Source: Octopus sinensis (Eukaryota). Taken from it: 64,000 nucleotides of DNA. Below are positions 23,552-36,394 of the stretch, piece by piece. Every line of letters begins with the position of its first letter. The first letter of the stretch is position 1. The position numbers and the translations under genes are program-made. The notes beneath the pieces are model-generated. The model was not told the DNA's origin. It saw nothing but the letters and a program-made list of their open reading frames with translations, and searched no databases. The DNA lies in assembly GCF_006345805.1 (NCBI RefSeq), contig NC_043014.1, positions 30,070,001 through 30,134,000 of the forward strand, read 5' to 3'.

Positions 23552-24470
23552 ATTTGTTTTTGTTGAATAAAATTTGTTGAAAAATGCCACAATAATTATG
23601 CACCAACCCAATAGTTTATTTTAAAGGTATGTTTCCATGATGTAAATGAAATACATGTATACACGTCATTAATTGGAATTTCTATATAATGCATGAGCTA
23701 AAACCAAAAAACTTTCTTGAAAACTGTATATGATGCCAAAAAACTAAGTGTATATTTGAAATCAGCATTAAAAACTACACTAAGTACACATTGACATATG
23801 CTTGATGAAAAATACTTGTTGACCAGTATAATTAGATAAATTAGTTTACTAATGTGAAATTTATTTTAATTCATAGAATTATTACCATTAAGGAAGGCAG
23901 CAAGATCTCAGAATCCTTACCACACCAGGTAAAATACTGAGCGACATTTTGTCCATCTTCTGAGTTCAAATTCTGGTGAGGCTGACTTTGCCTTTCATCC
24001 TTTTTGGGGTCAATAAAACCAGTTGAACACTGGGGTCTATGTAATCAAATAAGGCCTTACTCCAAAATTGCTAGCCTTGTGCCAAAATTTGAAACCATTA
24101 TTACCATTAAGGTAAGTGGAGTGGCAGAACTAGTAAACTATTAGAATAAATGCCCTGTCATATTTATCAGGGATTTTATTCTGAGTTCAAAGAACACTAG
24201 GATCAAATGTCTCCTTTGTCTTTTATAGAGTTGATAAAATACAGTAGTACTGAAGCTGATATTATAGACTAGTCACCTCACCTGTGTGGCTTTGTGCTTA
24301 TATATATGATTTTGTTGTTCTTATCTGCTTACCTGCAAGATAAAATAATGTTTTAATACCTGGAAAGGAACATATTGAGAATGATGGTAGAAATGGTACT
24401 GGTGATGAAGACAATGAGGATGATGATGATGATGATGATGATGACAACAGCAATGATGACGACAACAACG

Positions 24471-24502
<32 letters not shown>

Positions 24503-24796
24503 CATGATGACAATTGTGGTGGCAGCGGCGGCAGCAGCATTGGTGGTGGTGGTGGCAATGGCAGTGGTGGTGGTTTTGTGATAGTGGTTGTGATGGTGGT
24601 TGTCATATTTGCCATGCAACTTTAATTCCTGATTGAGTTATTTTACTTAACTTGTTGCTGGTATCATTCTCTCTGGTTGAGGCTGTGGACTGCTGTTACC
24701 TGCTATATTTCCTCGACAGCCTTCAGGATTTCTCAGAAGCAAAAGCAAAGACACAGCCTTCAAACATGTGGCATCATTGATTTTAATCCTCTTCTA

Positions 24797-25810
24797 TCAG
24801 GTCATCCCATAAGTTCTGTCCAATTTTACCTTTTTTAAAATTGAATGAAATTTAATAGTATTTTAGAATGTTTAATAGAATTTAAAATTATTTTTATGCA
24901 TTTGTGTACATTTAAACTAATTAAATATTATTTTACAGAATAATAGAATTAAAATTTATTTGATTAAAACCCTTTCTAACATGGAAGTATCCAAAGAGCA
25001 TTTGAGGCACATAATGCTTTATGAGTACAAAAAAAGAAACTCTGCAGCCAAAGCGACTTGAAACATATACTCAATTTATGGGAAAGAATGCTTGAATGAA
25101 AGAACTATCAGAAGATGGGTTGCAAAATTCAGAAGTGGAGATTTCAGCCTTGAAGATGAAGATCGAACAGGACGTCCAGTTGAGTTTGATGATAAGCTTC
25201 TTGAGGCATTACTCGAAGAAAATCCTGCATTATCAGTTGAAGAAATGGCAATAAAGCTTAGATCAAACCATACAACTGTTCATAGTCATCTTCAACAACT
25301 TGGAAAGGTTCCTAAACTTGGAAAATTGGTCCCTCATGAATTGTCCGAAAACAACCACAAATCCCAAGTTGACATCTGCTCTTTTCTCCATTCTCATGAA
25401 CTCATTTCACCCTTTTTGGATAGACTTGTGACTGGTGACGAAAAATGGACCTTCTATCGAAATGTTAAGTGTTGTAAACAGTGACTTGGTAAAAGGGAAA
25501 AAGCTCAACCATAACCGAGAAGGGAACTTCATAGGAAAAAGGTTCTTCTCTCTATCTGATGGAATTGCAGAATTGTTACCACATAATGCAACAATCAATG
25601 CTCAAGTCTACTGTCAGCAATTAGAGCGTTTGAACCAAGCTTTGAAGAAAAAAGACCCTCTTTAGTGAATCAAAAAGGAGTGATGTTTCATCAGGACAAT
25701 GCGCGACCCCACACTGCAAAGATCACATCACAGAAGATCGAAGAGCTTGGTTGGAAAAAAATTCTTCATCCACCTTATTCTTCCGACCTTGTTCCTTCAG
25801 ACTACTATAT
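24797..25810 (+). mobile_element. Mariner (DD34D) transposon, frameshifted and 3'-truncated
   Basis: TA followed by TIR-like tcaggtcatcccataagttc. Translation gives RTIRRWVAKFRSGDFSLEDEDRTGRP, LVPHEL, LVTGDEKW, MFHQDNARPH and HPPYSSDLVPSDY. Confidence 0.92.
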
Positions 25811-27929
25811 ACTAATATACTCCCCATCGCTTATAAAAGTATCAGCTTGTTTTTTTGTTTTGTTCCTCTTTAGTTTTATTGCTTAAGTTCTTATGAACAC
25901 TTTCAAAATGCCTATTTACAGAAGAACTTTTAGAAACAACAGTTTCAGAACACAAAATACATAATGCTTTATTGTCTTTCTTACTCATACCAAACTTTTC
26001 AGTCCAGTATTTTTGAAATTCTCTTATAACCTCTTCCGTTGAATGACATCATTCCTTAGCTGGTGGTCCTGACATTCTGCACAATGTATAAAGGGCAGAA
26101 AAATAATACTTGAGATAACGTGGAAAAGGAGGAGAAAGAAGAAAAGTAAAATGTCATTAAGTGATTAATAAGTTCGATCAAACCACTTTACTTTTTATTA
26201 GTTTTTTAATTAAAGCAAATAAAAAAAAGTTTGCTATCCCCACAAAATGGTAGGATGGGTGTGGTGCAAAGATCAGTAAAAAGACAAAGCATGCACAAAT
26301 TTCGCAATTTTATGGCCCTGAATAATTTAACGTTTACAGTAAATTATTGTAAAAAGCCATGACATTGTAACAAACAGTTCAAGCTTGAGATAATAATCCA
26401 GTGTATACATAATCTCATACATACGCAATACATGTACTCTGTATGCACAATGCACTCACAACAACTACAATGAAAACATTACCACAGTCAACTAACTGTA
26501 CCCAGACTTGCATGAAGGCTGAATTTAGTAGCATTGACCTGCAGCCCTCTAAATACAATTTAGTCATTTGAACATCAATGGACATCAAATGATCTGTGTA
26601 ACAAAAATTACAATACAGTACTGGCTTATTTATTAGAAATTGTTGAAAAAGTCATGATACAAGCTGTACAAGTATATTTACTGTATTTATAAGTCATAAC
26701 AAATAGCATGATAGGAAATCAGGGAAGAACTATGTTAAGATGGTTGGATGTGATTTGAGTGAAATTGGGCTGCTATTTCTTTTGTATCCTGTGGTCATGT
26801 ACAGCCCCCTCCCTCATTGGCTTGGGACGGTGGTTGGGGGTGATGATAATGGTAGTTGTAATGATAGTCTTGTTGTTGTCGTCGTCATCGTTGTTGTTGT
26901 TGCTGCTGCTGCTGTTGTTGTTAAGCAACAAGATGGGTAAGGGTGATTAGGTGATGGTCTAGGGCTTCGGGGCAGGAGACCCCAGACCTTGGAAAAAAAA
27001 AAATTTAGTTGTCTTGTAGTTGAGGGCCCTTTGTTGACGCCCGATACCAACTGGGAGGTGGCCCTCAAAGTTGCTGGAAATGGAGATCTCCATGTCCAAA
27101 TCCTTGAACGGCTGCTGTTGCTGCTGTTGTTGGCGGTTGTGGTGGAGAAGTTGTTTTTGCTGTTGTTGTTTCACCTCAGGTCAGCATGGATTGATCTATG
27201 ATCAAAAGCATCCCGACTAACCATGCCCATTCCATCTTTTACAGGGTATATGAACCACTACATTATCCAGAGTGTCCTTTCCCTTCCCGTAAAAGATGTG
27301 GCTTCAGTGATACATGGTTACTATTTCTAGTAGGTCGCATGCAAACTCATAGATGTCCCCTCACTGTGGTGGTGTTGATGACATCAGTGGTAGTGTTTAT
27401 TGTGGTGGTAGTAGTGGTGCTGTTCTTAATGATGGTAGTGGTGGTAGTAATGATGTGGTGATGATAGTGTGATAACAAACAATCAACCATTTCTAACTAT
27501 TATACCATTCCACCACTCTAAAAGGAAGTAAATTAATTACTGCCACCTCACAGTGAGTTTAATTAGCTATTTGGAAATGATTGTAGCTGTTGTACATGTA
27601 ATAATGTCAGTGGTGGTGAAAATGATGATGATGATAATGATGATGGGGATGTGCCACTCCAATACAGTTAACAGGACTTGGATGATGATTGACAAGGGTA
27701 GAAGAGAGTGCAACAGAGACAGAGGGAATATACATGTGGGTGAGAGAGGGAGGGAGAGAGAGAAGAGGAGGGAGGGAGGGAGGGAGGAAGTAATCAAAAC
27801 CAGACAAAGTAATGAAATTATCAAGAGAGAGATCTGAATGCTTCTTTTTGTCACCCAATTTCGTCTGTCAACTAATAACATGTTGTTTAATTATCAAATG
27901 ACAGGGTGAACTGATCCCTTTTACTACTA

Positions 27930-27960
<31 letters not shown>

Positions 27961-28340
27961 CAAGCTGTGCTCTCCAGCTACTGTAACTGGTTTAGACCTT
28001 ATTAACCCTTTTGTTACCATATTTCTGTTGAAATGCAATTCCATCTGGGTTGAATTGACCTTCCATCCTTTCAGGGTCAATAAAATAAGTACCAGTCAAG
28101 CACTGGGGTTGATGTAATTGACTAGTACCCCCCCCCCCCGAAGTTTTAGGCCTTGTGTCTATAGTAGAAAGGATATTTCTGTTGAAATGCACTAAACTGT
28201 TTCAATTAATTTTTAAAATAATGAAGTATTTAGTAAAATAACATTGCTTGGAGCATAGATTAATAAGAAATTTTGACAGAAAGTATCAATTCAAATCATT
28301 TTAACCCTTTAATATTTAACCAGCTATACCCAGCCCAAAG

Positions 28341-28675
28341 TGAAGGCTCATGGCTCAGTGGTTAGAGTGTCAAGCTTACGATCGAAAGGTTGTGAGTTTG
28401 ATTCCTGGACTGAGTTGCATGTTGTGTTCTTGAGCAAGACACTTTATTTCATGTTGCTCCAGTTCACTCAGCTGTAGAAATGAGTTGCGACATCACAGGT
28501 TCCAAGCTGTATCTGCTGTTGCCTTTCCCTTGGATAACATCGGTGGCATGGAGAGGGAAGGCTGGTATGCATGGGCAACTGCTGGCCTTCCACAAACAAC
28601 CTTGCCCGGACTTGTGCCTCGGAGGGTAACTTTCTAGGTGCAATCCCATGGTCATTCATGACTGAAGGGGGTCTC
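28341..28675 (+). mobile_element. tRNA-derived SINE family C
   Basis: Head catggctcagtggttagagtgtc...gtgagtttgattcctgg and core gtgttcttgagcaagacactttatttc. Confidence 0.75.
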
Positions 28676-28889
28676 CTCAGAACCCAGCCCAAATTTTCTC
28701 CTTGTTTTAGACTCAAGCCAGCCAGATCTGGTGTTGCACACTTACCCTACAATGTCATTCTAAAAATAAACAATCACATCTTCAAAATCTCAAAGCTATG
28801 AGAGAATGCATGATTAATTTTAAAAAATGGCAACTGGTGTGTTTATGTCTCCATAACTTAGCATTATATTTGACAGGAAAATCTGACTA

Positions 28890-29127
28890 GGCACAGGTGT
28901 GGCTTTGTGGTAAGAAGGTGTGGCTTTGTGGTTCCAAGTTCAGTCTCACTGTATGGCACTTTAGACAAGTGTCTTCTACTATAGCTTCAGGCCAACAAAA
29001 GTCTTGTGAGTGGATTTGGTAGACAGAAACTGAAAGAAGCCCATGTGTGTTTGTATATATATATATATATATATATTATATTATATATGTATGTATATAT
29101 GTGTATATATATATATAAATGTATGTA

Positions 29128-29158
<31 letters not shown>

Positions 29159-29526
29159 GTATGTATATATGTGTGTATATATATATATAAATGTATGTAT
29201 ATATGTGTGTGTATATATATATATATATATATAAATAATAAATATTAGGGAATAAATCCAAATTTACAGGGAAAAAATCAGATTTAGGATTAAATCCAAT
29301 TTTATAGTAAAATATTATAAAATATTATTAGAGACAAAAACCACTATTTTGCAAAACAAACAAGAAAGACTTAATCAATACATAAAATTTTAATAAATAG
29401 TCAAATTTATTAAAATTTTATGTATTGATTAAGTCTTTCCTTGTTTGTTTTGCAAAATAGTGGTTTTGTCTCTAATAATATTTTATATATATATATATAT
29501 TATATATATATATATGTATGTATATA

Positions 29527-29573
<47 letters not shown>

Positions 29574-29885
29574 CTTACTTGTTTCAGTCAATTGACTGCT
29601 GCCATGCTGGAGCACTGCCTTGAAAATATATGTGTATGAGTGTGTGTGTGTGTGTGTGTGTGCGTGTGACTGTATTTGTGTTTGTCCCCCACCACTACTT
29701 GACAACTGGTGTGTTTATGTCTCCATAACTTAGCAGTTCAGCAAAAGAAACTGATAGAATAAGTACTAGACTTCAAAAAATAACAAGTCCTAGGGTTGAT
29801 TTGTTCAACTAAAAAAAACTCCCTTCAAAGTGGTGCCCCAGCATGGCCGCAGTCAAATTACTGAAACAAGGAAAAGATAAAAGAA
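28890..29885 (+). mobile_element. Old SINE family A copy whose internal microsatellite expanded and took further insertions
   Basis: Head and core at 28890-29045, tail at 29660-29885. Between them lie a (TA)n/(TATG)n array, a palindromic insert and an opposite-strand SINE tail (29575-29620). Confidence 0.65.
29316..29487. repeat. Fold-back palindrome, ~83-bp arms and 6-nt spacer, inside (TA)n
   Basis: aaatattattagagacaaaaaccactattttgcaaaac...taataaat [agtcaa] atttatta...gttttgcaaaatagtggttttgtctctaataatattt. The arms differ by two 1-nt indels. Confidence 0.9.
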
Positions 29886-31423
29886 TGATACGAAAGAGTT
29901 GAAATAGGAAATTTGAGTCATAGAGGCAGTAGAGACAATCTTTGGTGGAATGGGATTAGAAGAGTTGAGCTGGTGTATGGAACATAATATGAAATTTTGA
30001 TGGAACATTGTAATTAACATCACTCCAAACAAACATGAAGTATAAATCATTGAACCAGGAGTGGTCTTGGACAGGTGGGTATAAGAGAGGGTTAAAGCAG
30101 ACCTTGCAGCTTTTACATTGGTCTACACAAACTCTCCCACACACAAACAAATCTATGTATATATGCCTGTGTACACATACAGATATGCTCACATATACAC
30201 ACATACACATACATTCGCCTACCAAATCCACTCACAAGGCTTTGGTCGGCCCAAGGTTATATAGAAGACACTTACCCAAGGTGCTATGCAGTGGAAATGA
30301 ACACAGATCTATGTAGTACAGAACATAATATAAATTGACAAATAGCAAAAGAATGGGAGTTATGTAATCTATTTCATTAGCTTGCAGTACTCCCTGCTAT
30401 AAAAACCATTGCATTCAGCTCCAAGTGATTGCGAGGCATAACTTATTCAGAGTCATTTAAATGAAATGTATGTTTGTTGTATTTAATACATTGAGTTGGC
30501 TGCAGACAGAAACTATTGTAAAAGGTGGAAACTCCACCCAGAGAATAATACATATATAAACGTATATATTTTCATTTTTAAACCAGAATAAAAGCACAGA
30601 CATATATGTATACGTGAATATACACTTATGTGACCTTATATCCACCCACGTGCGAAGACACACACACATACAGGTACAGATATATATATGTATGTGTGTG
30701 TGTGTGTGTAGTGACTTCATGAAGCATGGATTCAATCCTTGATTACCAAATTTCACTTAGCAGTTCAACAATACTTTTCTCACAGTAAAACAATAGTTTT
30801 TCTGTGAATGACAGTAGTTACATTTCCTAAATGCCTTCGCTAAGCAGAATAATATCTTTGCCACTTGAGCCTTCTAACCTCTTCTAGGCCACCAAAAACT
30901 AGAATAGAGACAACAGACCGCCAACAAAATCTATTGTTCCCAACAATATGTCTATCCTTCTAGCTGATTTTGGATAGTTATAAAAACAAGAACTCCATAA
31001 GCCAAAGTCAGTTAGCGAGAACAGAGTCTGGCTGACTGGCTGAACAAAACGCCATCTCTAAAGGAAAAGGCACAAAGGGACAACTATGGTAGCTCACCAA
31101 TGAAGCAGTTCTTTCGTCCCACCACTCTTACTTTCACTAACTCACTTTCTTTTCTCTGTAACATTACCTTATCTCTCTCTATATACTACTATGAGATCAT
31201 GTATACACACATACAGGCTGAAATTAACTTCCTTTACTTTGCATGCTTTAGAAACTGTGTTATATTATTACACTAGCCTACCCATCATGGTACAGCATTA
31301 TATTAAGTAACGATAAATAAAAAATTGGAGTCAACATCAACTTTGATCACTGTTCTTCATTCATCTTGCATATCTTGCAAATGGCAACCAACAACGAATA
31401 CCAACCGTAACACACACACACAC

Positions 31424-31456
<33 letters not shown>

Positions 31457-31869
31457 GGCACAGGAGTGGCTGTGTGGTAAGTAGCTTGCTTACCAACCAC
31501 ATGGTTCTTGGTTCAGTCCTACTGCGTAGCACCTTGGGCAAGTGTCTTCTACTCTAGCCTCGGGCAAATCTGTCTATATTATCAGACAATTACAAAAAAA
31601 ATGTTTAAAAAGTTCAAAACTCTGCAAAAATCCAGTACAAATTCTTCTTCATGGTTCAAAACTTTGCTTACTTTATACTCAACCTGATACAATATATATT
31701 GTTGGCAGGGGGAGCAAACCCCTACCACCCTATGTGGATTGTGAGACTGACTCAGTTTCATACTATTTGGTCATGAGCACCTGTCCACCAGAATCTGTTT
31801 CACCCAACAATATATTATAAACAAAACAACCATCAGTCACTGATCTGTCACAGGTAAGCTGCAAGATGC

Positions 31870-32056
31870 AGAGAGGAGAGAGTGAGAGAAAATTGTGGCG
31901 AAAGAGTCAGCAGAAGTTCGCCATTACCTTCTGCTGGAGCTGTGTGGAGCTTAGGTGTTTTGCTCATAAACACACACATTGCCCGGTCTGAGATTCGAAC
32001 CCACGATCCCTTGACCGTGAGTCCGCTGCTCTAACCACAAGGCCATGTGCCTCCAC
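31870..32056 (-). mobile_element. tRNA-derived SINE family D
   Basis: Minus head gtggaggcacatggccttgtggttagagcagcggactc...gggttcgaatctcagaccggg contains a clear B box (gttcgaatc). Confidence 0.8.
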
Positions 32057-34071
32057 AACTCAGACAGATATGAGAGTATAAAGGAGTTAACTAGGCTAAT
32101 AGACTAATTCTAAAAATGTATATTTATTATCTGTGAAAAAGCTTTATTTCTCTATTTCATTTTTTCTCTCTCTTGCTATGGTTTTTGTGTAGATAATAAT
32201 GAAATAATTTAGCACAAATTAAGAAATAAAAAGATAGGAGGAGGTTTGTATAGATTGCCTGTTTGTGGGGTTAGCTATAGACTGTCTATGCTTAGGCACC
32301 TACATTTATGCATGCACACAACACACACACATCATTATCATCATTGTCGTCGTTGTCATCATCATTTCCAACATGAAAAGTGAACGGTTTAACAGGATCC
32401 AGTGAGCCACACGGCTGCATCAAGGTTCAATGTCAGCTTTGGCATGGTGTCTATGGCTGGATGCCCTTGCTAATACCAACCACTTTACAGAGTGTACTCA
32501 GTGGCCCTTTTATACCACTGGCACTAGTGATGTTGCCAGGTAACTTGTAAGACAGAAGAAGAACTGGGGAAAAGGGAAAGGAAAAAGCTCCCACAACTAA
32601 GTAATCAAGAGGGGAAGGTGGTTTATATCAGGTGTTGAAAGGCTAAAATATGCTAGCGGGACAAGCACAGGTGTTTTGCTATAGTGGAGATACATGGCTA
32701 TCTTGCATTATATATAAAGGTGGGTGGGAATAGTTAAGAAGGAGGTAAAAGAAGCTAGTGATGGAGTGCATGAGCAAATTCTTTCAACGTACAAGAAGGT
32801 AAGCATAAGAGAAAATATGGACATTGGGTCATATAAGGGGAGTAGATAGAGGATACCAACTATAAGCATGCATACACAGGAGGCAGTGTGACAATGATAA
32901 AGATATGTTATGAGGGATAATTTTTGACTTCCCCTCGTATATTCACAATCACACAAACACATACATGTACTTCAATTCATATACCCACCTCAAAAGTAAT
33001 TGTAAAAAATTAGGTTAAAAAGGGTAGGGAGGGGAGGTATTGAGGATTAATAAATTGTAATTCCTTTTAGCATTGGCAGTTCTTTAGAGCTGAGAATCAG
33101 CAGCAGACTACCCATAGATCCAGTGTCAGACCATGCCTGACCAAGTGCTATTGGCTCTACACATATTTAGATGTCTATTAGTTTATTTTTAGTTGGTTCT
33201 GTAAAGTAAGAAAGTTTGTGTGTGAGATGAGGGTCAGGCTGTTTGGTGAATCATAAATGGTTATTTAGGAAGAATTACTAAAAATAAACAACACTGCTGT
33301 AATTGTATTGCAAATGTTACAAATAAGGTCCTTATTGTGGCCACTCCCCTTCCTCAACATCACTCACCCTGACAGACAAGGTTGGAAGTGGGATGGTAGT
33401 GATGTGTGTGAGTACGTGTGTGTGTGTGTGTGTCTGTGTATGTGTATGTGTGTGTGTGTGGTGTGTGCTTGTGTGCATATGTGTATATCTGTTATATCTG
33501 TCTCTGATAGAATCATTTACATGCTAGACAAAATGCTAAGTAGCATTTTGTCCATGTTTACATTTTGAGTTCAAATTCCACCAAGGTCGACTTTATCTTT
33601 CATCCTTTCATAGTTGATAAAATAAGTACCAATTGAGTATTGGAGTTGATGTAATTGACTAGCCCTCTCTCCACTAAAATTGATAGCATTACTGTTATTT
33701 TTAATGTAGTAAGTACTCCAGCATAGTTACATTCCTATGACTGAAACCACTAAAAGAATAAGTAAGTTTTACCAGTACAAGCACCTGCTATTCTTTTACC
33801 TGTTTCTGTCATTAGATTATGGCCTTGCTGGGGCACCACCTTGAAGGGAATTTCTAGTTGATCAAATTGACTACAGTACTTATTCTGTCGGTCAATTTTC
33901 TGCTGAACTAAGGGGACATAAACAAACCTACTCTAGTTATTATGTGGTGAGAGACAAACACAGCACACATGCACACAAACACATATGCACACACAAATAC
34001 ACACACACACATGCACACACACACTTACACACAAACACACACATACACAAACACACACACAAACACACCTA

Positions 34072-34985
34072 TAGGGGTTGGACAAAATAATGAAAATACC
34101 TTAAAATTACAAATAAATTAATTTTAATATGGGGTAGGACCGCCTTTGGCAGTAATTACAACTTAAATTTCATGAGGTATGGACTCGTACAAAGCTTGAA
34201 TTGTTTCCAAAGAAATTTTTGTCCATTCTTCCGCTAAAACAGTGATGATGGTGGGGGATATCGACTCCTTACTTGTTTTTCTAAAATTCAACATAAATGT
34301 TCAATAATATTGAGATCTGGGGACTATGGTGACCAGATAAGATGTCCAACTTCACTAGAATGTTCCTCGAGCCATTCAGTAACAACTTTAGCTGTGTGAA
34401 TTGGTGTATTATTATCCTGAAAAATTGCGTTTCCCTCCGGAAACTGTTCCACAACCATAGGATGAATTTGATCAGATAAAATGCTTAAATTGTTTTGACT
34501 ATTAATTTTGCCATGAAGGGAAACCGTGAAATGATTCCTTTAGCTGTCTCCACACGTATTCTTGGTCGGTGATCAGAAATAAGGTAAAGGATGACTTGTC
34601 TGAGAAAATAACATTCTAGCACTGCTCTAAGGACCAATTCTGAAGGTTTTTACTCCACTTTAAATGCTTTGCAATATTTTTTTTGAAAGTAGTGGTTTTC
34701 TGATTGCAGTCCTCCAGTGAAATCCAGCTTTGTGCAGCTCCTGGCAAACAGTTTTTGTGGAAAATGTGTTCTCACGGTGGTCATTAAGCTCTGCAGTAAT
34801 TTTTGGGAGCTGTACTTTTGTGATCCTTTCTAACAATTTGTGTAAGAGTCTGAGTTTTGTTTCAATGAAGAGGTTTTCCCCTCTTTCTCAAAGGCTGTCA
34901 TTACTTTCAAGACGGTACTTCTTGATATGCCAAACATTTTGGCTGTTTTCATTATGCTAGCACCTGCCATACAAGCATCAACGTC
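34072..34985 (-). mobile_element. Tc1-like (DD34E) transposon, 3' two-thirds, decayed
   Basis: TIR-like aggggttggacaaaataatg. Minus frames include SPDLNIIEHL and FQDNNTPIHTAK. Confidence 0.8.
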
Positions 34986-35283
34986 TAGTCCTTAGAGCAT
35001 CGTGCAAGGGAAAGAATGATGGTCACGGGATGAAAAGGAAGATAGCTGATGGTCCTGTGTGGGCAATGAGAGAGAGAGAGAAAGAGGGAAGGAGAGAAAG
35101 AGAGACAGATAGAAAATGGTGAAGGGTAGAAAAAAGGAATTAGAGAAGGATGAGGGAGAAAACAGTATAGAGTAGAGTCGCATCAAAAAGGTGAAGATAA
35201 ACTTACTTCGAAATGGATGCATGGCATTCAATTAAATAATAATATAAATAATATATATATATGTGTGTGTGTATGTATGTATG

Positions 35284-35353
35284 GCCAGATAACCAAAGAG
35301 ATGGTGTTGTGGATTTCCCCTTCGGCATCCGAAACTCAGAGTTTTATCTTGGC
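35284..35353 (+). ncRNA. Degenerate type I hammerhead motif in a PLE-like remnant
   Basis: Stem I gccagataa/ttatcttggc; core CCAAAGA instead of CTGANGA; stem II gatg/catc; then GAAACTCAGAGTT, with the same palindromic stem III as 40667-40720. Confidence 0.4.
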
Positions 35354-35488
35354 TATTGAATAATGATAACATTAAATTACAGATATATATATATAACGGG
35401 AAGGCTTACGAAAATAAACAAAAGACGAAGGCAGGTTTACGAAAATAAAAACAAAAGATGAAGGCAGGTGGAGTACAAACAAATAATG

Positions 35489-35533
<45 letters not shown>

Positions 35534-35579
35534 ATATAAATATTATTTATATATATATATAAATAATGTATTTATATAA

Positions 35580-35625
<46 letters not shown>

Positions 35626-35731
35626 GGGTATAGGACGTCACCAATTGTGTAAACAACATGAAGTACGAAAACAAATGTGCTAAATACATAAACAACGAGA
35701 GGAAAAAATGGAAAACATGACAAGTAACATG

Positions 35732-36337
35732 GAGGCCTACGCAAAGTTGCAGAAAGTGAATAGAGAGGAGTGTATGAGCCACTCACAAGTGTACGAGTGG
35801 GTCAGACGTTTTCAAGACGGCTGAAAAAATACCAATAGTGACGAATGTTTTGGGAGACCTATAACCAGCAGAACTGAGAAAAACATTGCAGATGTGCATG
35901 CAGATGTGAGGGGAAATCATTGAATTACCATTCGTGAGTTATCAAAGGATGTGCAAATTAGTTACAGTTTAGTTCAGTCCATTATCACTGAAGATTTTGG
36001 TATGAGACACGTGTCTGCCAAGTTTGTGCCCAAACTACTTGATGAAAACTTATAGAAAACTTTGTGTAGGCCTCTGAGCAGGTATCACCAAGCTTTTGGC
36101 AAAATTTGATGCAGATTCTCTGCTCAACTTTCTCTGTCATGGTCAATGTGATGAACACATGCTACACACGTTACTTCCAAGCACTGCTGTAAATAGTGGA
36201 AGTGCACAAGAATGTTAAAGCTTAATGCACGTTCACAGCAGAGTTCAAGGTCAATCTGTGCCAAGCAGCTTCACTCTGCGTGCTTTAGCTTCGTTACTAT
36301 GACAACAGTCCGGATACTTAATGATCAGAACCACGTA
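35732..36337. mobile_element. Two mariner 5' halves joined tail-to-tail
   Basis: Plus strand 35732-36040 gives EAYAKLQKV..EECMSHSQVYEWVRRFQDG...GMRHVSAKFVPKLL. Minus strand 36337-36045 gives a TIR-like end and MTEKVEQRICIKFCQKLGDTCSEAYTK. Confidence 0.7.
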
Positions 36338-36343
36338 CATACT

Positions 36344-36379
<36 letters not shown>

Positions 36380-36394
36380 ATATATATATAATAT

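Noticed and set aside
28341-32056. tRNA genes at SINE heads (also 5690-5766 and 49259-49330)
   Set aside because: They have A/B boxes but run into SINE cores and lack a full cloverleaf.
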